Assembly: GCA_963764045.1 (NCBI GenBank)
Contig: CAVXQW010000011.1
Coordinates: forward strand, 74,203-138,202
Reading direction: 5' to 3'
Source of the DNA: an uncultured bacterium
Lineage (GTDB): Bacteria; Desulfobacterota; Deferrimicrobia; Deferrimicrobiales; Deferrimicrobiaceae
Length of the DNA stretch: 64,000 nucleotides
A program made the position numbers and the translations under genes. The notes below the pieces were generated by a model. It did no database searches, was not told the DNA's origin, and worked only from the letters and a program-made list of their open reading frames with translations. Positions 43,882-53,906 of the stretch are shown in pieces. Positions within the stretch are counted from its first letter, which is position 1; every line of letters starts with the position of its first letter.

Positions 43882-45219
43882 TCAGGGCCTGTTCTTTTCG
43901 AGGAAGTTCGTCGAGAGTCTCGCCTCGACGAAGTCGGAGTTGACCATCATCTTCTTGTGGAACGCCACCGTCGTTCGCACGCCTTCGATCCGGACTTCGT
44001 CGAGCGCCCTTCGCATTCGCATGATCGCCTCATTCCGGTCGTCCCCGTGCACAATCAGTTTTCCGAGGAGGGAGTCGTAGGTGGACGGGACAACGTAGCC
44101 TGGGTAGATCGCCGTGTCGACGCGGACACCGAAACCCCCCGGAAAAATGCAGGTATGGATCGGACCGGGGAATGGAAGGAAGGTCTCCGGGTCCTCCGCG
44201 TTGATGCGGACCTCGATCGCGTGGCCGCGCATCGGGACGTCCTTCTGCGCGTAGCGCAGCTTCTTGCCGTCCGCGATCCGGATCTGCTCGCGCACGATGT
44301 CGATGCCGGTCACCATCTCCGTCACCGTGTGCTCGACCTGGATCCGCGTGTTCATCTCGAGAAAGTGGAACTCGCCGTCGGGCACGTACAGGAACTCCAC
44401 GGTCCCGACGCTGTCGTAATTCACGCCGACGGCCGCGTCGACCGCCGCCTTCCACATCCGGTTCCGGACGCGAGCCGGAAGGGCGGGGGCGGGCGATTCC
44501 TCGATCAACTTCTGGTGGCGGCGCTGGATGGAGCAGTCGCGGTCCCCGAGGTGGATCACGTTCCCGTGGCGGTCCCCCATCACCTGGACCTCGACGTGGC
44601 GCGCGTTGTCGAAATATTTCTCGATGTAGACGTCGGGAACCCCGAAGGCCGACAGCGCCTCCGACTGGGCCGTGAGGAACGCGTTGATGAAGGACGCCGG
44701 GCTGTGGACGATCTTCATCCCCCGGCCTCCGCCCCCTGCCGCCGCCTTGACGATCACGGGGAAACCGATCTCCTTGGCGACCCGAAGCCCCTCTTCCTCC
44801 TCGGTGACCGCCCCGTCGCTCCCCGGCACTACCGGCACCTTGACCTTCTGCACCGCGCGCCGCGCCTCGATCTTGTCCCCCATCAGGCGGATCGCCTCGG
44901 AGGAGGGCCCGATGAACCGGACGCCGTAATTGGCGCAGATCTCCGCGAAGGCGGCGTTCTCGGCGAGGAAGCCGTAGCCGGGATGCACGGCGTCCGCATC
45001 GGTGATCTCGATCGCGGAGAGGATCGCCGGGACGTTCAGGTAGCTGTCCGCGCCGGGCGGCGGGCCGATGCAGACGGCCTGGTCCGCCATCCGGACGTGC
45101 ATCGCGTCCTTGTCCGCGGTCGAATAGACGGCGACCGTCTTGATCCCCATCTCCCGGCAGGTCCGGAGGATCCGGACGGCGATCTCGCCCCGGTTCGCGA
45201 TCAGCACCTTGTGGATCAT
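43882..45219 (-). CDS. accC: acetyl-CoA carboxylase, biotin carboxylase subunit
   Basis: 445 aa intact, MIHKVLIANRGEIAVRILRTCREMGIKTVAVYS..., ATP-grasp. Confidence 0.95.
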   Translation of the reverse strand: MIHKVLIANRGEIAVRILRTCREMGIKTVAVYSTADKDAMHVRMADQAVCIGPPPGADSYLNVPAILSAIEITDADAVHPGYGFLAENAAFAEICANYGVRFIGPSSEAIRLMGDKIEARRAVQKVKVPVVPGSDGAVTEEEEGLRVAKEIGFPVIVKAAAGGGGRGMKIVHSPASFINAFLTAQSEALSAFGVPDVYIEKYFDNARHVEVQVMGDRHGNVIHLGDRDCSIQRRHQKLIEESPAPALPARVRNRMWKAAVDAAVGVNYDSVGTVEFLYVPDGEFHFLEMNTRIQVEHTVTEMVTGIDIVREQIRIADGKKLRYAQKDVPMRGHAIEVRINAEDPETFLPFPGPIHTCIFPGGFGVRVDTAIYPGYVVPSTYDSLLGKLIVHGDDRNEAIMRMRRALDEVRIEGVRTTVAFHKKMMVNSDFVEARLSTNFLEKNRP

Positions 45220-45228
45220 GCCGCTCTC

Positions 45229-45684
45229 TTACTCCGGGGTGATGTGGAAGAGCGCCTGCCCGTACGCCACCGGCTGCGCGTTTTCCACGATGATCGCGGC
45301 GATCGTGCCGGTGGTGTCCGACTCGATCTGGTTCATGATCTTCATCGCCTCGACGATGCACAGCACCTGTCCCTTGACCACGCGGGTCCCGACTTCGACG
45401 AAGGGGGCGGCATCGGGCGCCGGGGAACGGTAGAAGGTCCCGACGATCGGGGAGAGGATCTCCTTGTAGGTCGGCTTCGGGGGAACCGGAGCCGCCGCCG
45501 GCTCCTCCGCCGGGCGGGCCGGGGCCCGAGGCCGAGGCGGGCGCCGCCGGTTGCAGGACGACGGGATCGTTCGCCGGACCCCTGCGAAGCTTGAGCACCG
45601 TGTCCCCGCGGCCGAGCTCGAATTCCCTTACATCGGAGCCCTTCAGCAGTTCCAGGATCTCGCGGATCTCCTTCAGGTTCATGG
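45229..45684 (-). CDS. accB: acetyl-CoA carboxylase biotin carboxyl carrier protein (frameshift in the G5 run 45479-45483)
   Basis: N-terminus [35 protein letters not shown] in one frame. Biotinyl domain ...[43 protein letters not shown]...FHITPE* found by manual translation in another frame. Junction in the P/A/G linker at a homopolymer. Confidence 0.8.
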
Positions 45685-45692
45685 GCCTCCCC

Positions 45693-46251
45693 TCACATCC
45701 GCTCGATGTAACTTCCGGTACGCGTGTCCACCTTGATCACGTCCCCCTCGTTCAGGAAGAGGGGAACCGACACGATCGCGCCGGACTCCAGTTTCGCCGG
45801 CTTGGTCGACCCGCTCACCGTGTCCCCGCGGACGCCGGGCTCGGTTTCGACGATCTTCAGGTCGATGAAGAACGGGATATCGATACCGATCGGCTCTCCC
45901 TTGTAGAAGAGGATCTTCACCGGGAGGTTCTCGATCAGGTAGTTCCCCGCTCCCTCCACGTGTCCCTCGTCAAGGTAGATCTGCTCGTACGTCCGCGTGT
46001 CCATGAAGTGGAACTGGCCTTCCGATCTTGTACATGAACTGCATCTCGCGCTCTTCGAGGTCCGGCTTCTCGACCTTGTCGCCGCTGCGGAAGGTGTGCT
46101 CGATCACCGCGCCGGACTTCAGGTTCTTGAGCTTCGTACGGACGAACGCTCCCCCCTTGCCGGGCTTCACGTGCTGGAAGTAGACGATGATGAACGGGCC
46201 CCCGTCGAACTCGATCTTCAGCCCGTTGCGGAAATCCGACGTGGTGTACAT
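45693..46251 (-). CDS. efp: elongation factor P (frameshift ~46020-46040)
   Basis: N-terminus [44 protein letters not shown]... in ORF 45970..46251. C-terminus ...[29 protein letters not shown]... in ORF 45693..46004. Confidence 0.85.
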
Positions 46252-46267
46252 CCCTGCGCGCGCCTCC

Positions 46268-47340
46268 TCAGACCAGTGGTGTATGCGTTTTGGGGAGGAA
46301 CGTGATCCGTTCGCACCCCGACCCCGTGACCTTTACCGTGTCCTCCAGCCGGATCCCCCCGATCCCGGGAAGATAGACGCCGGGTTCCACCGTGACGACC
46401 ATCCCCTCCTCGAGCCGCTCGCGCGACCGGGGGGAAAGCGAAGGCCGCTCATGCACGTCGAGCCCCACGCCGTGTCCGGTCGAATGAACAAAATACTTCA
46501 AATATCCCGACCGGTCCAGCGATTCCCTCACGCGCGCATCCACCGCCCGGCACGGTTCGCCCGGCCGAACGGAGGAGATCCCGGCCGCCTGCGCCCGGCG
46601 GACGGCATCGAACACCTTCCCGAGGGGAGAGCGCGGGTGCGGGGGGAGGACCGTCACCGTCTCGTCGGAGCAGTACCCGTTCCAGCGGGCGCCGAAATCG
46701 AGGACCAGCGGGCCGTCCCCGGCGATCGCCGTCCCCCCCGGGGTCGCGTGGGGCATCGCGGATCGGGGGCCGTCCGCGACGATCGGAGGAAAGGAAACCC
46801 CTTCCGCTCCCCGACGGACCATCTCCCGCGCCAGGTCCGCGGCCACGTCACGCTCCGTTTTCCCCCGGACTCCGGAGGAAAGCGCGGACAGCAGGGACGC
46901 GGTCGCGATCGCCGCCGCGCGCTCCATCGCCAGAATCTCCCCGGGTTCCTTCCGCATCCGGATCGTCGCTACAAGATCCTGAACGGGAACGAAACGATCC
47001 GCCCGCCCACGGGAGACCGCCCGGAAGGAATCCACGGTGAGATGGCGGGACTCGAATCCGATCCTTCGCGCCCGGAGAACGCGCAACCGTCGGGCGGCGG
47101 CGTTCCAGGGGTCGGGGGTCACCTCCACTTCGGCTCCGCGGACCTCCGATCGGGCCTGCTCGGTGTATCTCCCGTCGGTGAACAGGACCGGACCCGCCGG
47201 CGAAACGACGAGGGCGGCGTTGCTTCCGGTGAAGCCCGTCAGGTAGAGGATATTCGAGAGCCGGACGCAGAGATACGCGTCCAGGCGGCGTTTCCGCAAG
47301 GCACCCAGGAGGCGCCCGACGCGGTGATCAAGCCCGCCCA
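46268..47340 (-). CDS. M24-family Xaa-Pro aminopeptidase (start uncertain)
   Basis: Creatinase-N plus pita-bread catalytic domain ([31 protein letters not shown]). Confidence 0.7.
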
Positions 47341-47801
47341 CGAGCCCCTTCCCGCCGCAGGTGACGCAGCAGCGCAAGCAGGGCGAGGGTGTACCCGTAC
47401 CCGCCGACGCCGCAGATCCGGCCGACGACCACGTCTTCGACCAGGGACACTTTCCGGAATTCCTCCCGGCTCGCGGGGTTGGTGAGGTGCACCTCGATCG
47501 CCGGCAGGCCGGAGTAGAGAAGGGCGTCCCGGATGGCCACGCTCGTGTGGGTGTACGCCGCCGGGTTGATCACGACCCCGTCGAAGCGCCGCTTCGCGGC
47601 CTGGAGCCGCTCGACGATCTCCCCCTCGTGGTTCGACTGGAAGAAGTCGACCGTCGCGCCCTCCGCCCCGGCCGCCGCCGTCACCGCTTTACGGATGTCG
47701 GCCAACGTCTCCCGCCCGTAGACGGACGGCTCGCGATCTCCGAGAACGTTCAGGTTGGGACCGTCGATGAACAGGATTCGAACCGCCCGCTTCCCTTTCA
47801 C
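47328..47801 (-). CDS. aroQ: type II 3-dehydroquinate dehydratase
   Basis: GTG start (VKGKRAVRILFIDGPNLNVLGDREP...) at 47799-47801 overlapping the upstream TGA. HTS...HLTN motifs. The ORF-track ATG at 48062 is an artifact. Confidence 0.85.
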   Translation of the reverse strand: MKGKRAVRILFIDGPNLNVLGDREPSVYGRETLADIRKAVTAAAGAEGATVDFFQSNHEGEIVERLQAAKRRFDGVVINPAAYTHTSVAIRDALLYSGLPAIEVHLTNPASREEFRKVSLVEDVVVGRICGVGGYGYTLALLALLRHLRREGARGRA

Positions 47802-48157
47802 AGCATCTCCCGCGTGCGGCGTGCCGCCTGGCGGAGGAGGAACCGGCACTTCCCGGGGACCGTCCCCGGATCCGTGACGATCACGAGAAAATATTCCGCC
47901 GCCACCTTGCGGATGAAGACCTGCGCGCGGTCCCCGCCGAGATGGACCTCTTCCGCCGCCCCGAGCCCGTTTTCGGCGGCGATTCGATCGGACTCCCGGA
48001 AGAACTGGACGATCTCGGCACAAAGGGCGGAGAGATCCCGGTCGTCCCCCGGCGCCCGCCACTCCTCGACGGTCAGCCCGTCCACGCCCGCCAGAGCGCC
48101 CGAGGTCACGCCTTGATCCTTCCGGTGCATCTCCTCGAAGATCTCAAGAAAGGTCAT
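47798..48157 (-). CDS. Roadblock/LC7-domain protein (MglB/MglC-like)
   Basis: 119 aa; MTFLEIFEEMHRKDQGVTSGALAGVDGLTVEEW...VFIRKVAAEYFLVIVTDPGT is a typical roadblock fold profile. Confidence 0.7.
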   Translation of the reverse strand: MTFLEIFEEMHRKDQGVTSGALAGVDGLTVEEWRAPGDDRDLSALCAEIVQFFRESDRIAAENGLGAAEEVHLGGDRAQVFIRKVAAEYFLVIVTDPGTVPGKCRFLLRQAARRTREML

Positions 48158-48485
48158 AGCCGTACTCCTTCGCCATGGTCTCGAGGAACCCGAGGAGTTC
48201 CGCCTCCACGAGATCCTCCCCGGTCCGGGCCGCCAGCCACGCCTGTGCCCGGAGGTTCGCGGGGTCGTCGCGGAGGATCTCCCCGACGATCCGCCTCGCG
48301 GTCGAATGCTCTCCCTGGGACCAGTACAGGTCGGCCAAGGTCACCGTGCGCACGCGGGGCGCGGCGGGGGTTTCCGATGGCGGCGGTTCCGGCACGGCGG
48401 GCGCAGCGGGGATTTCCGACAGCACTGATTCCGGTTCCGGTTCCGCCACGGAGGGCGCAGTGGGGATTTCCGCCAGACCGGTTCC
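48144..48485 (-). CDS. small ORF or C-terminal extension of AroB: PEP-rich tandem repeats + ~70-aa TPR-like helical domain
   Basis: Only the last ~110 aa of ORF 48144..49211 look protein-like (...AEIPTAPSVAEPEPESVLSEIPAAPAVPEPPPSETPAAPRVRTVTLADLYWSQGEHSTARRIVGEILRDDPANLRAQAWLAA...KEYGYDLS*). A 1-nt slip near 48470 would fuse it in-frame to AroB. Confidence 0.35.
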   Translation of the reverse strand, partial: GTGLAEIPTAPSVAEPEPESVLSEIPAAPAVPEPPPSETPAAPRVRTVTLADLYWSQGEHSTARRIVGEILRDDPANLRAQAWLAARTGEDLVEAELLGFLETMAKEYGYDLS

Positions 48486-49774
48486 GGTTCCGCCACGGCG
48501 ATACGATCGTCCTGATCCTGGACAACCTCCGGCCCGATTTCCACGGGGACCGCGGGAGCGACGTTCTCCTCGACGGAACGGATCTCGTACACTTCGTCCC
48601 CGACGTGAACAAGGTTCGAGACCGCCGACTCTTCCGGGGTCGCGTCTCCCGCCGGAACGTGGAACTCCCTCGCGATCGAGCGTTCCCGGATCTCCGCGCG
48701 GATCCCGGGCAACTCCCGCCGGATCTCCGAGAGGGAGACGCGCCGCAGTTCGCAACGACCCGGGGCGGCGAGCAACGGCAGGTCCACGTCCGACACCATC
48801 CGCTTCTTGTCCATCCCGATGGCCGCGGCGATGGAGGTGAGGGCCACCCCCGGATCGTCGAGGGGGAATCCCATGTCGATGAGGAGCGAGAAGATGGCGT
48901 CGACCAGTCCCCCGTCGGTCACGCCGAGCTTCATCCCGAGGATCGCCTCCCAGGCGAGTCCCATCGCCACCGCCTCGCCATGGAGGAGGCGGCCGAACCC
49001 GCCCGATTTCTCCATCGCGTGGCCGATGGTGTGCCCGAGGTTGAGGACCCTGCGAAGCGAGGCCTCCCTCTCGTCCCGCTCTACGACGAACGCCTTGAAC
49101 GCGACGGCGCGGCGGACGATCCAGCGCCACTCCTCCCCGGAGGTCGCCTTCCACTCCCCACCGACCGCGAGAAGCCGACCCCATAATTCGGGGTCGCCGG
49201 CAAGGGCGCATTTGACCACTTCGGCCATCCCCGCACGGAGGTTGCGATCGTCGAGGGTCAGCAGGAAGGCATCGTCGATGAAGACCGCCCGGGGCTGGTG
49301 AAACGCCCCGACGAGGTTCTTTCCCTCCGGGAGGTTGAAGCCGGTCTTTCCTCCCACGCTGCTATCCACCTGGGAGAGGAGGGTCGTGGGCACCTGGATA
49401 CAGGAGATCCCCCGCAGGTACGTCGCGGCGGCGAATCCGGCGAGGTCGCCGACGACCCCGCCTCCGAAGGCTACGACGAGGGAATCCCGCCCGGCGTCCC
49501 CGCGCGCCAGGAACCCGTAGATCTCCCTCACCGTGTCGAAGTTCTTGTGCTCCTCCCCCGGGGGAAGGGCCAGGACATCATGGGGGATCCCCGCAAGCCA
49601 CCGCTGGATGTCGTCCCCGTAGATGGAGGCGACGTTGCGATCGGTAACCACGTGGACGGTCCCGCTGGGGTAAAAGCGGCAGATCCATTCCTGGAACAGG
49701 GAGTAGATCCCCCTGCCGAAGAAGATGTCGTAGGAACGGTCGCCAAGGGCCACCGTCATCGTTTCAGGGTTCAA
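48341..49774 (-). CDS. aroB: 3-dehydroquinate synthase (with ~70-aa acidic C-terminal tail)
   Basis: MNPETMTVALGDRSYDIFFG...GGGVVGDLAGFAAATYLRGI...HTIGHAME typical AroB. Tail ...EIGPEVVQDQDDRIAVAEPEP runs into the tandem repeat. Confidence 0.85.
   Translation of the reverse strand: MNPETMTVALGDRSYDIFFGRGIYSLFQEWICRFYPSGTVHVVTDRNVASIYGDDIQRWLAGIPHDVLALPPGEEHKNFDTVREIYGFLARGDAGRDSLVVAFGGGVVGDLAGFAAATYLRGISCIQVPTTLLSQVDSSVGGKTGFNLPEGKNLVGAFHQPRAVFIDDAFLLTLDDRNLRAGMAEVVKCALAGDPELWGRLLAVGGEWKATSGEEWRWIVRRAVAFKAFVVERDEREASLRRVLNLGHTIGHAMEKSGGFGRLLHGEAVAMGLAWEAILGMKLGVTDGGLVDAIFSLLIDMGFPLDDPGVALTSIAAAIGMDKKRMVSDVDLPLLAAPGRCELRRVSLSEIRRELPGIRAEIRERSIAREFHVPAGDATPEESAVSNLVHVGDEVYEIRSVEENVAPAVPVEIGPEVVQDQDDRIAVAEPEPVWRKSPLRPPWRNRNRNQCCRKSPLRPPCRNRRHRKPPPRPACAR
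48400..48520. repeat. ~50-54-nt tandem direct repeat (2-3 copies) encoding PEP/AEIP motifs
   Basis: gtggcggaaccggaaccgg...aaatcccc(a/g)ctgcgccc...gtg(g/c)cggaaccg recurs. Seen by eye in the 48400-48520 text. Confidence 0.6.
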
Positions 49775-50310
49775 CCCGTCCGTCCCTCCGTCCGGTCGAT
49801 CCAGTCCGCCACCTGTCCGGCGACTTCCTCCACCGTTCGCCCGTCGGTCCGCACCGTGACGTCGGCGGTGCGATACCCGGGGATCCGGCGCGCCAGCAGC
49901 GCCCTCACCACTTCTTCCCGATCCCCTCCGCGAAGCAGCGGACGCCCGAGGTCCGCTGAAAGCCGCTCAAGGAGCGTCTCGACGGCCGTGTCGAGGTAGA
50001 CCACCGGGGCGTAGGAACGGAGCAGAACCCGGTTCTCCTCGTCGGCGAACGCACCGCCCCCCGTCGCGATCACGCACCCTTTCACCGAGAGAACCTCGCG
50101 CAGGGCCGCTTTCTCCCGCTCGCGAAACGCCGGCTCCCCCTCCCGGGCGAACAGATCGCGGATCCGGCATCCGGCCGCCGCCTCGATCCACGCGTCCACA
50201 TCGACGAACGGCACGCCGAACCGTCGCGCCAGCTCCCGGCCGACGGAACTTTTCCCCGACCCCATGAACCCGACCAGCACGATCCCCGGGAACGCCTCGC
50301 CGCGGTTCAT
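49771..50310 (-). CDS. aroK: shikimate kinase
   Basis: 179 aa with Walker A GFMGSGKSSVGRELA. ATGA overlap with aroB. Confidence 0.85.
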   Translation of the reverse strand: MNRGEAFPGIVLVGFMGSGKSSVGRELARRFGVPFVDVDAWIEAAAGCRIRDLFAREGEPAFREREKAALREVLSVKGCVIATGGGAFADEENRVLLRSYAPVVYLDTAVETLLERLSADLGRPLLRGGDREEVVRALLARRIPGYRTADVTVRTDGRTVEEVAGQVADWIDRTEGRTG

Positions 50311-51505
50311 TCCCCGCAGATTCGCCGCAGGTACCCGGAGTAATTATAGAGGATATCCCGCATCGCATCGCCCCCGAATTTCTCGAGGAAGGCGTCGGCC
50401 AGGACGATCGCCACCATCGTCTCCGCGACCACGGACGCGGCGGGGACGGCGCAGACGTCGCTGCGCTCGCGGTGCGCGGTAGAAGGGAGGAACCGGTCGA
50501 CCGTGACGGTCCGGAGAGGGACGGATTGCGTCGGGATCGGCTTCATCGCGGCCCGGACGACCACGGGCTCCCCGTTGGTCATCCCCCCCTCCAACCCCCC
50601 GGCACGGTTCGTGTCCCGGTGGAACGGAAGCAGATATTTCCCGAGGAACAGTGCGGCCGGGTTTCCGCCGGGGAACACCTCGTCGTGGACGTCGATCCCC
50701 GGCATCCCGGCCAGCCCCACCCCGCCGCCGACCTCCACCCCCTTGATGGCGGGGATGCACATCAGCGCCTGCCCAATGCGGCCATCCAGACGCCGGTCCC
50801 AGGCGACGTAGGATCCGAGGCCCGGAGGAACACCTCCTGCGATGACCTCGACGACCCCGCCGGCCGTGGTGCCGGCCTCCTTCAACTCATCGATCCACCG
50901 CTTGACCTCGGACTCGACTCCCGGGTCCGCCATCCGCAGGGGGCTCCCTTCGGCGCGCGCGGCCGCGACGCGGTTTCCCTCGAACTCGGGCGACACCCGG
51001 TACTTCCCGATCGAGAGAACGTGGCCGACGATGTCGACCCCAAGACCGCGGAGGATCGCCTTGGCCAGCGCACCGGCCATGACCCGCGCCGCGGTCTCCC
51101 TCGCGCTGGCCCGCTCGAGGACGTCCCGGACATCTCCGTGCCCGTATTTCAGGATGCCGGGAAGGTCCGCGTGCCCGGGGCGGGCGGTGTCGAGCGGGGG
51201 AATCCCCTCCCCGTCCCCGTCCTGGGCCATCTTGTCCCGCCAGTTTACCCAATCGCGGTTGCGCAGGAGCAATGCGACGGGGCCCCCCATCGCCTTTCCG
51301 AAACGGACCCCCGAGAGGATCTCGACCTCGTCCTTCTCGATCTGCATCCGTTCCCCGCGGCCGTATCCCACCTGCCGCCGGGTCAACTCCCGGTTGATCT
51401 CCTCCGCGTGTATGGGGAGTCCCGCAGGGACCCCCTCGACGATCGTGACCAGGCCCGGGCCGTGGGTCTCACCGGCGGTCCGGAACGAGAAGTGCGCGAT
51501 GGCCT
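50307..51505 (-). CDS. aroC: chorismate synthase (5' end/start codon unresolved)
   Basis: ORF 50307..51386 is AroC. Manual in-frame extension upstream gives the conserved N-terminus ...HFSFRTAGETHGPGLVTIVEGVPAGLPIHAEEINRELTRRQVGYGRGERM. No ATG/GTG/TTG lies between the upstream terminator and this motif. Confidence 0.8.
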
Positions 51506-51518
51506 GCCCCCTTGAATG

Positions 51519-51552
51519 AAAAAAGGCACCCGGACGGAACCGCCCGGGTGCC
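51519..51552 (-). terminator. rho-independent terminator after pilQ
   Basis: Plus strand aaaaaa-GGCACCCGG-acggaaccgc-CCGGGTGCC. On minus-strand RNA this is a 9-bp GC stem followed by UUUUUU. Confidence 0.55.
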
Positions 51553-51576
51553 CGATGGTTGCCGCCCGGACCGGGT

Positions 51577-53906
51577 TCAGGAAGCCTTGGCCTGGATCGG
51601 CTCCTGTTTCATGATCCTCGGCGTGATGAAGATCAACAACTCCCGGTTTTGAACAGAGTTCAAGTCACGCCGGAACAGGTACCCGAGAACGGGGATATTC
51701 GAGAGCCATGGCAACCCGGACCGGCTCTCGTTGCGCGTGATCTGCAGGATCCCGCCGATGACCGTCGTTTCGCCGTCTTTGATCAGGACCTCGGTGGTCG
51801 CCTTCTTCTTGTTGATCGAAGGGGTGGTAGATCCAGGAGCCACATCGCCCTGGGAGTCGTTCTTCACATCGACCTTCATCGCGACCCGACCGTCGGGCGT
51901 GATGTGCGGCGTCACCTTCAGACTGAGGGTGGCGTCGATAAACTGCACGTTCGTCCCCGAGGCGGATACGGTAGAGTATGGGATCTGCGTCCCCTGTTCG
52001 ATGGTGGCTTCCTTGTTGTCGGTGGTGACGACCTTCGGCGAAGAGATGATCTTCCCCTTCCCGGACGCCTCGGCGGCGGTGAGCGAAAGGTCGAGTCGAA
52101 GGTTGTCCTTCAGGATCCCGAACGAGATCCCGCCGCCCGACCCCAAGCCGATCGCCGCCGGGAGATTGACCGCGTAGTTCGGCAGGGCGAGGGCCGCGAT
52201 CCGGTCGACGAGTGGCGCCGCCCGGATTCGCCGTCCCGGCATGTACGCCTGTCGCGCCCGTGACGCCGGTACCGCGTATTTCCGTTATTACCGACGTACG
52301 TTCCGCCCCACTGGATGCCGAGATCCCGGCTGAACGTGGTGTCCACTTCGACGATGCGGGCCTCGATCAGGACCTGCGGCGTCGCGGTGTCGAGCGTGGC
52401 CACCAGGGCCTTCACCTCGGCGATGTTCTTCGGAAGATCGCGGATAATGAGCACGTTCGTCCGGTCGTCGCTGTCCAGTTTCCCGTACTTCGACGTGAGC
52501 GGCTTGATCTTGGTCAGCAGTTCCGACGCCTTGCTGTAGCTGACCGGGATGGTGTCGAAGACCGCCTCCTGTGTCGCCTGGACCTCGGCGGCCCGGTTCA
52601 GCGCCTCTTGACGCGACTGATCGACCTGCTTCTGCGCGTCGAACCGGTCCTGCTCCTCCTTCCGGAGGGAGGCAAGGGGCGCGATGCGGAGGACGTTCCC
52701 CTCCTGCGTCGCGCCGAGCGACTTCGAGCGGAGGACGATGTCGAGCGCCTGATCCCACGGAACGTTGACCAGCCGGAGGGAGACCTTCCCCCTGACGTCG
52801 TCCGCCGTGATGATGTTCAGGTTGCTGACCTCGGCAATGATCCGGAAAACGTTGGTGATATCGGCGTCCTTGAAGTCCATGGAGATCCGCTGCCCGTGGT
52901 ATTTCCGGCCGACGTCGGAACTCCCGGTGAGGAATCCCCACGTCTGCGAACCCTCGACCGAGGCCGGTTCCGCCTGCGCGCCCATTGGCTCCGGCTCCAC
53001 GTCCGCGTTTGCCATTTGCGGGGCGCTCCCCGGCACCGCGCGTGCGACCAGGTCGACCTCTCCTTTGGCCGCACCCTTCGGGAACGCCACCACGACCGAG
53101 CCGTCCCTCTTTTCCACGGTGTACGTGGAGCCCGGCGCGAACGCGACGGCGACCGTGACCCCATTCTTCCCGCCGGAAGGCGCAATCGCCTTCACGGGGA
53201 TATCAAACTTTCTCGCGTCGATCCGCCGAAGCAGTCCCTTCTCCGCGGCGGCGCCCTTGAACAAGAGCGACACGCCTCCCGCCTTCTTCGAAACCTGGTA
53301 CGGCGGGTCCCCCGCCGTGGTGATCACGACGTTCGACGCGTCGGGCATGTCTTCAAGGTCGATCCCGACGACGGCGGGACCTTTCACCGGTGCCTTCCCG
53401 TCCTGGAGACGTTCCGTGCTGGTGACCTTCTCTTCCGTGCCGCCACCGACGGACAGGATGAGCACGCCCTTTTCGGCGCTGACGATGAACGGCATCGGCT
53501 GGTCGCCCGGCGTCTCCACCACCATCCGCAACTTCCGGTCCACGGAGGAGATCTTCACCACCTTGACCTCGGGGGTCCCCACCGGGATCTCGGAGGCCGC
53601 CGTCCCCTGGGCCACTCCCCAGACATCCACCACGATCCGGAACGGGTCGTTCAGCTTGAAGGAGTTGTAGTTCTCGATCGCCCCGTCGACCGACGCCTGG
53701 ATCGTCGTATTGTAGGGCGACTTCGATACCGTCACCTCCCTGATCTTGGCGCCGGGAGCCCCCGCGGGCTGCGCGGCGCCCGGGCCGGCAGTTTCCGCAG
53801 CGAAAGCAACCGGCACGAGGATCGCGCAGGCGAGCGCCATCGCCGCCACCCCCTGGAGGACGCGAGGCCAGAGGACTCTGTCCGAATGCCGTAACGGGGT
53901 CATCAT
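51577..53906 (-). CDS. pilQ: type IV pilus secretin PilQ (at least two frameshifts ~52170-52270)
   Basis: Starts MMTPLRHSDRVLWPRVLQGVAAMALACAILVPVAFA (signal peptide), then AMIN/N domains, then secretin domain to ...GIQWGGTYVGNNGNT (ORF 52110..54335). A Gly/Thr-rich loop GTGVTGATGVHAGTANPGGAT lies in a third frame. C-terminal secretin ...PLVDRIAALALPNYAVN...RELLIFITPRIM in ORF 51577..52242. Confidence 0.8.
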
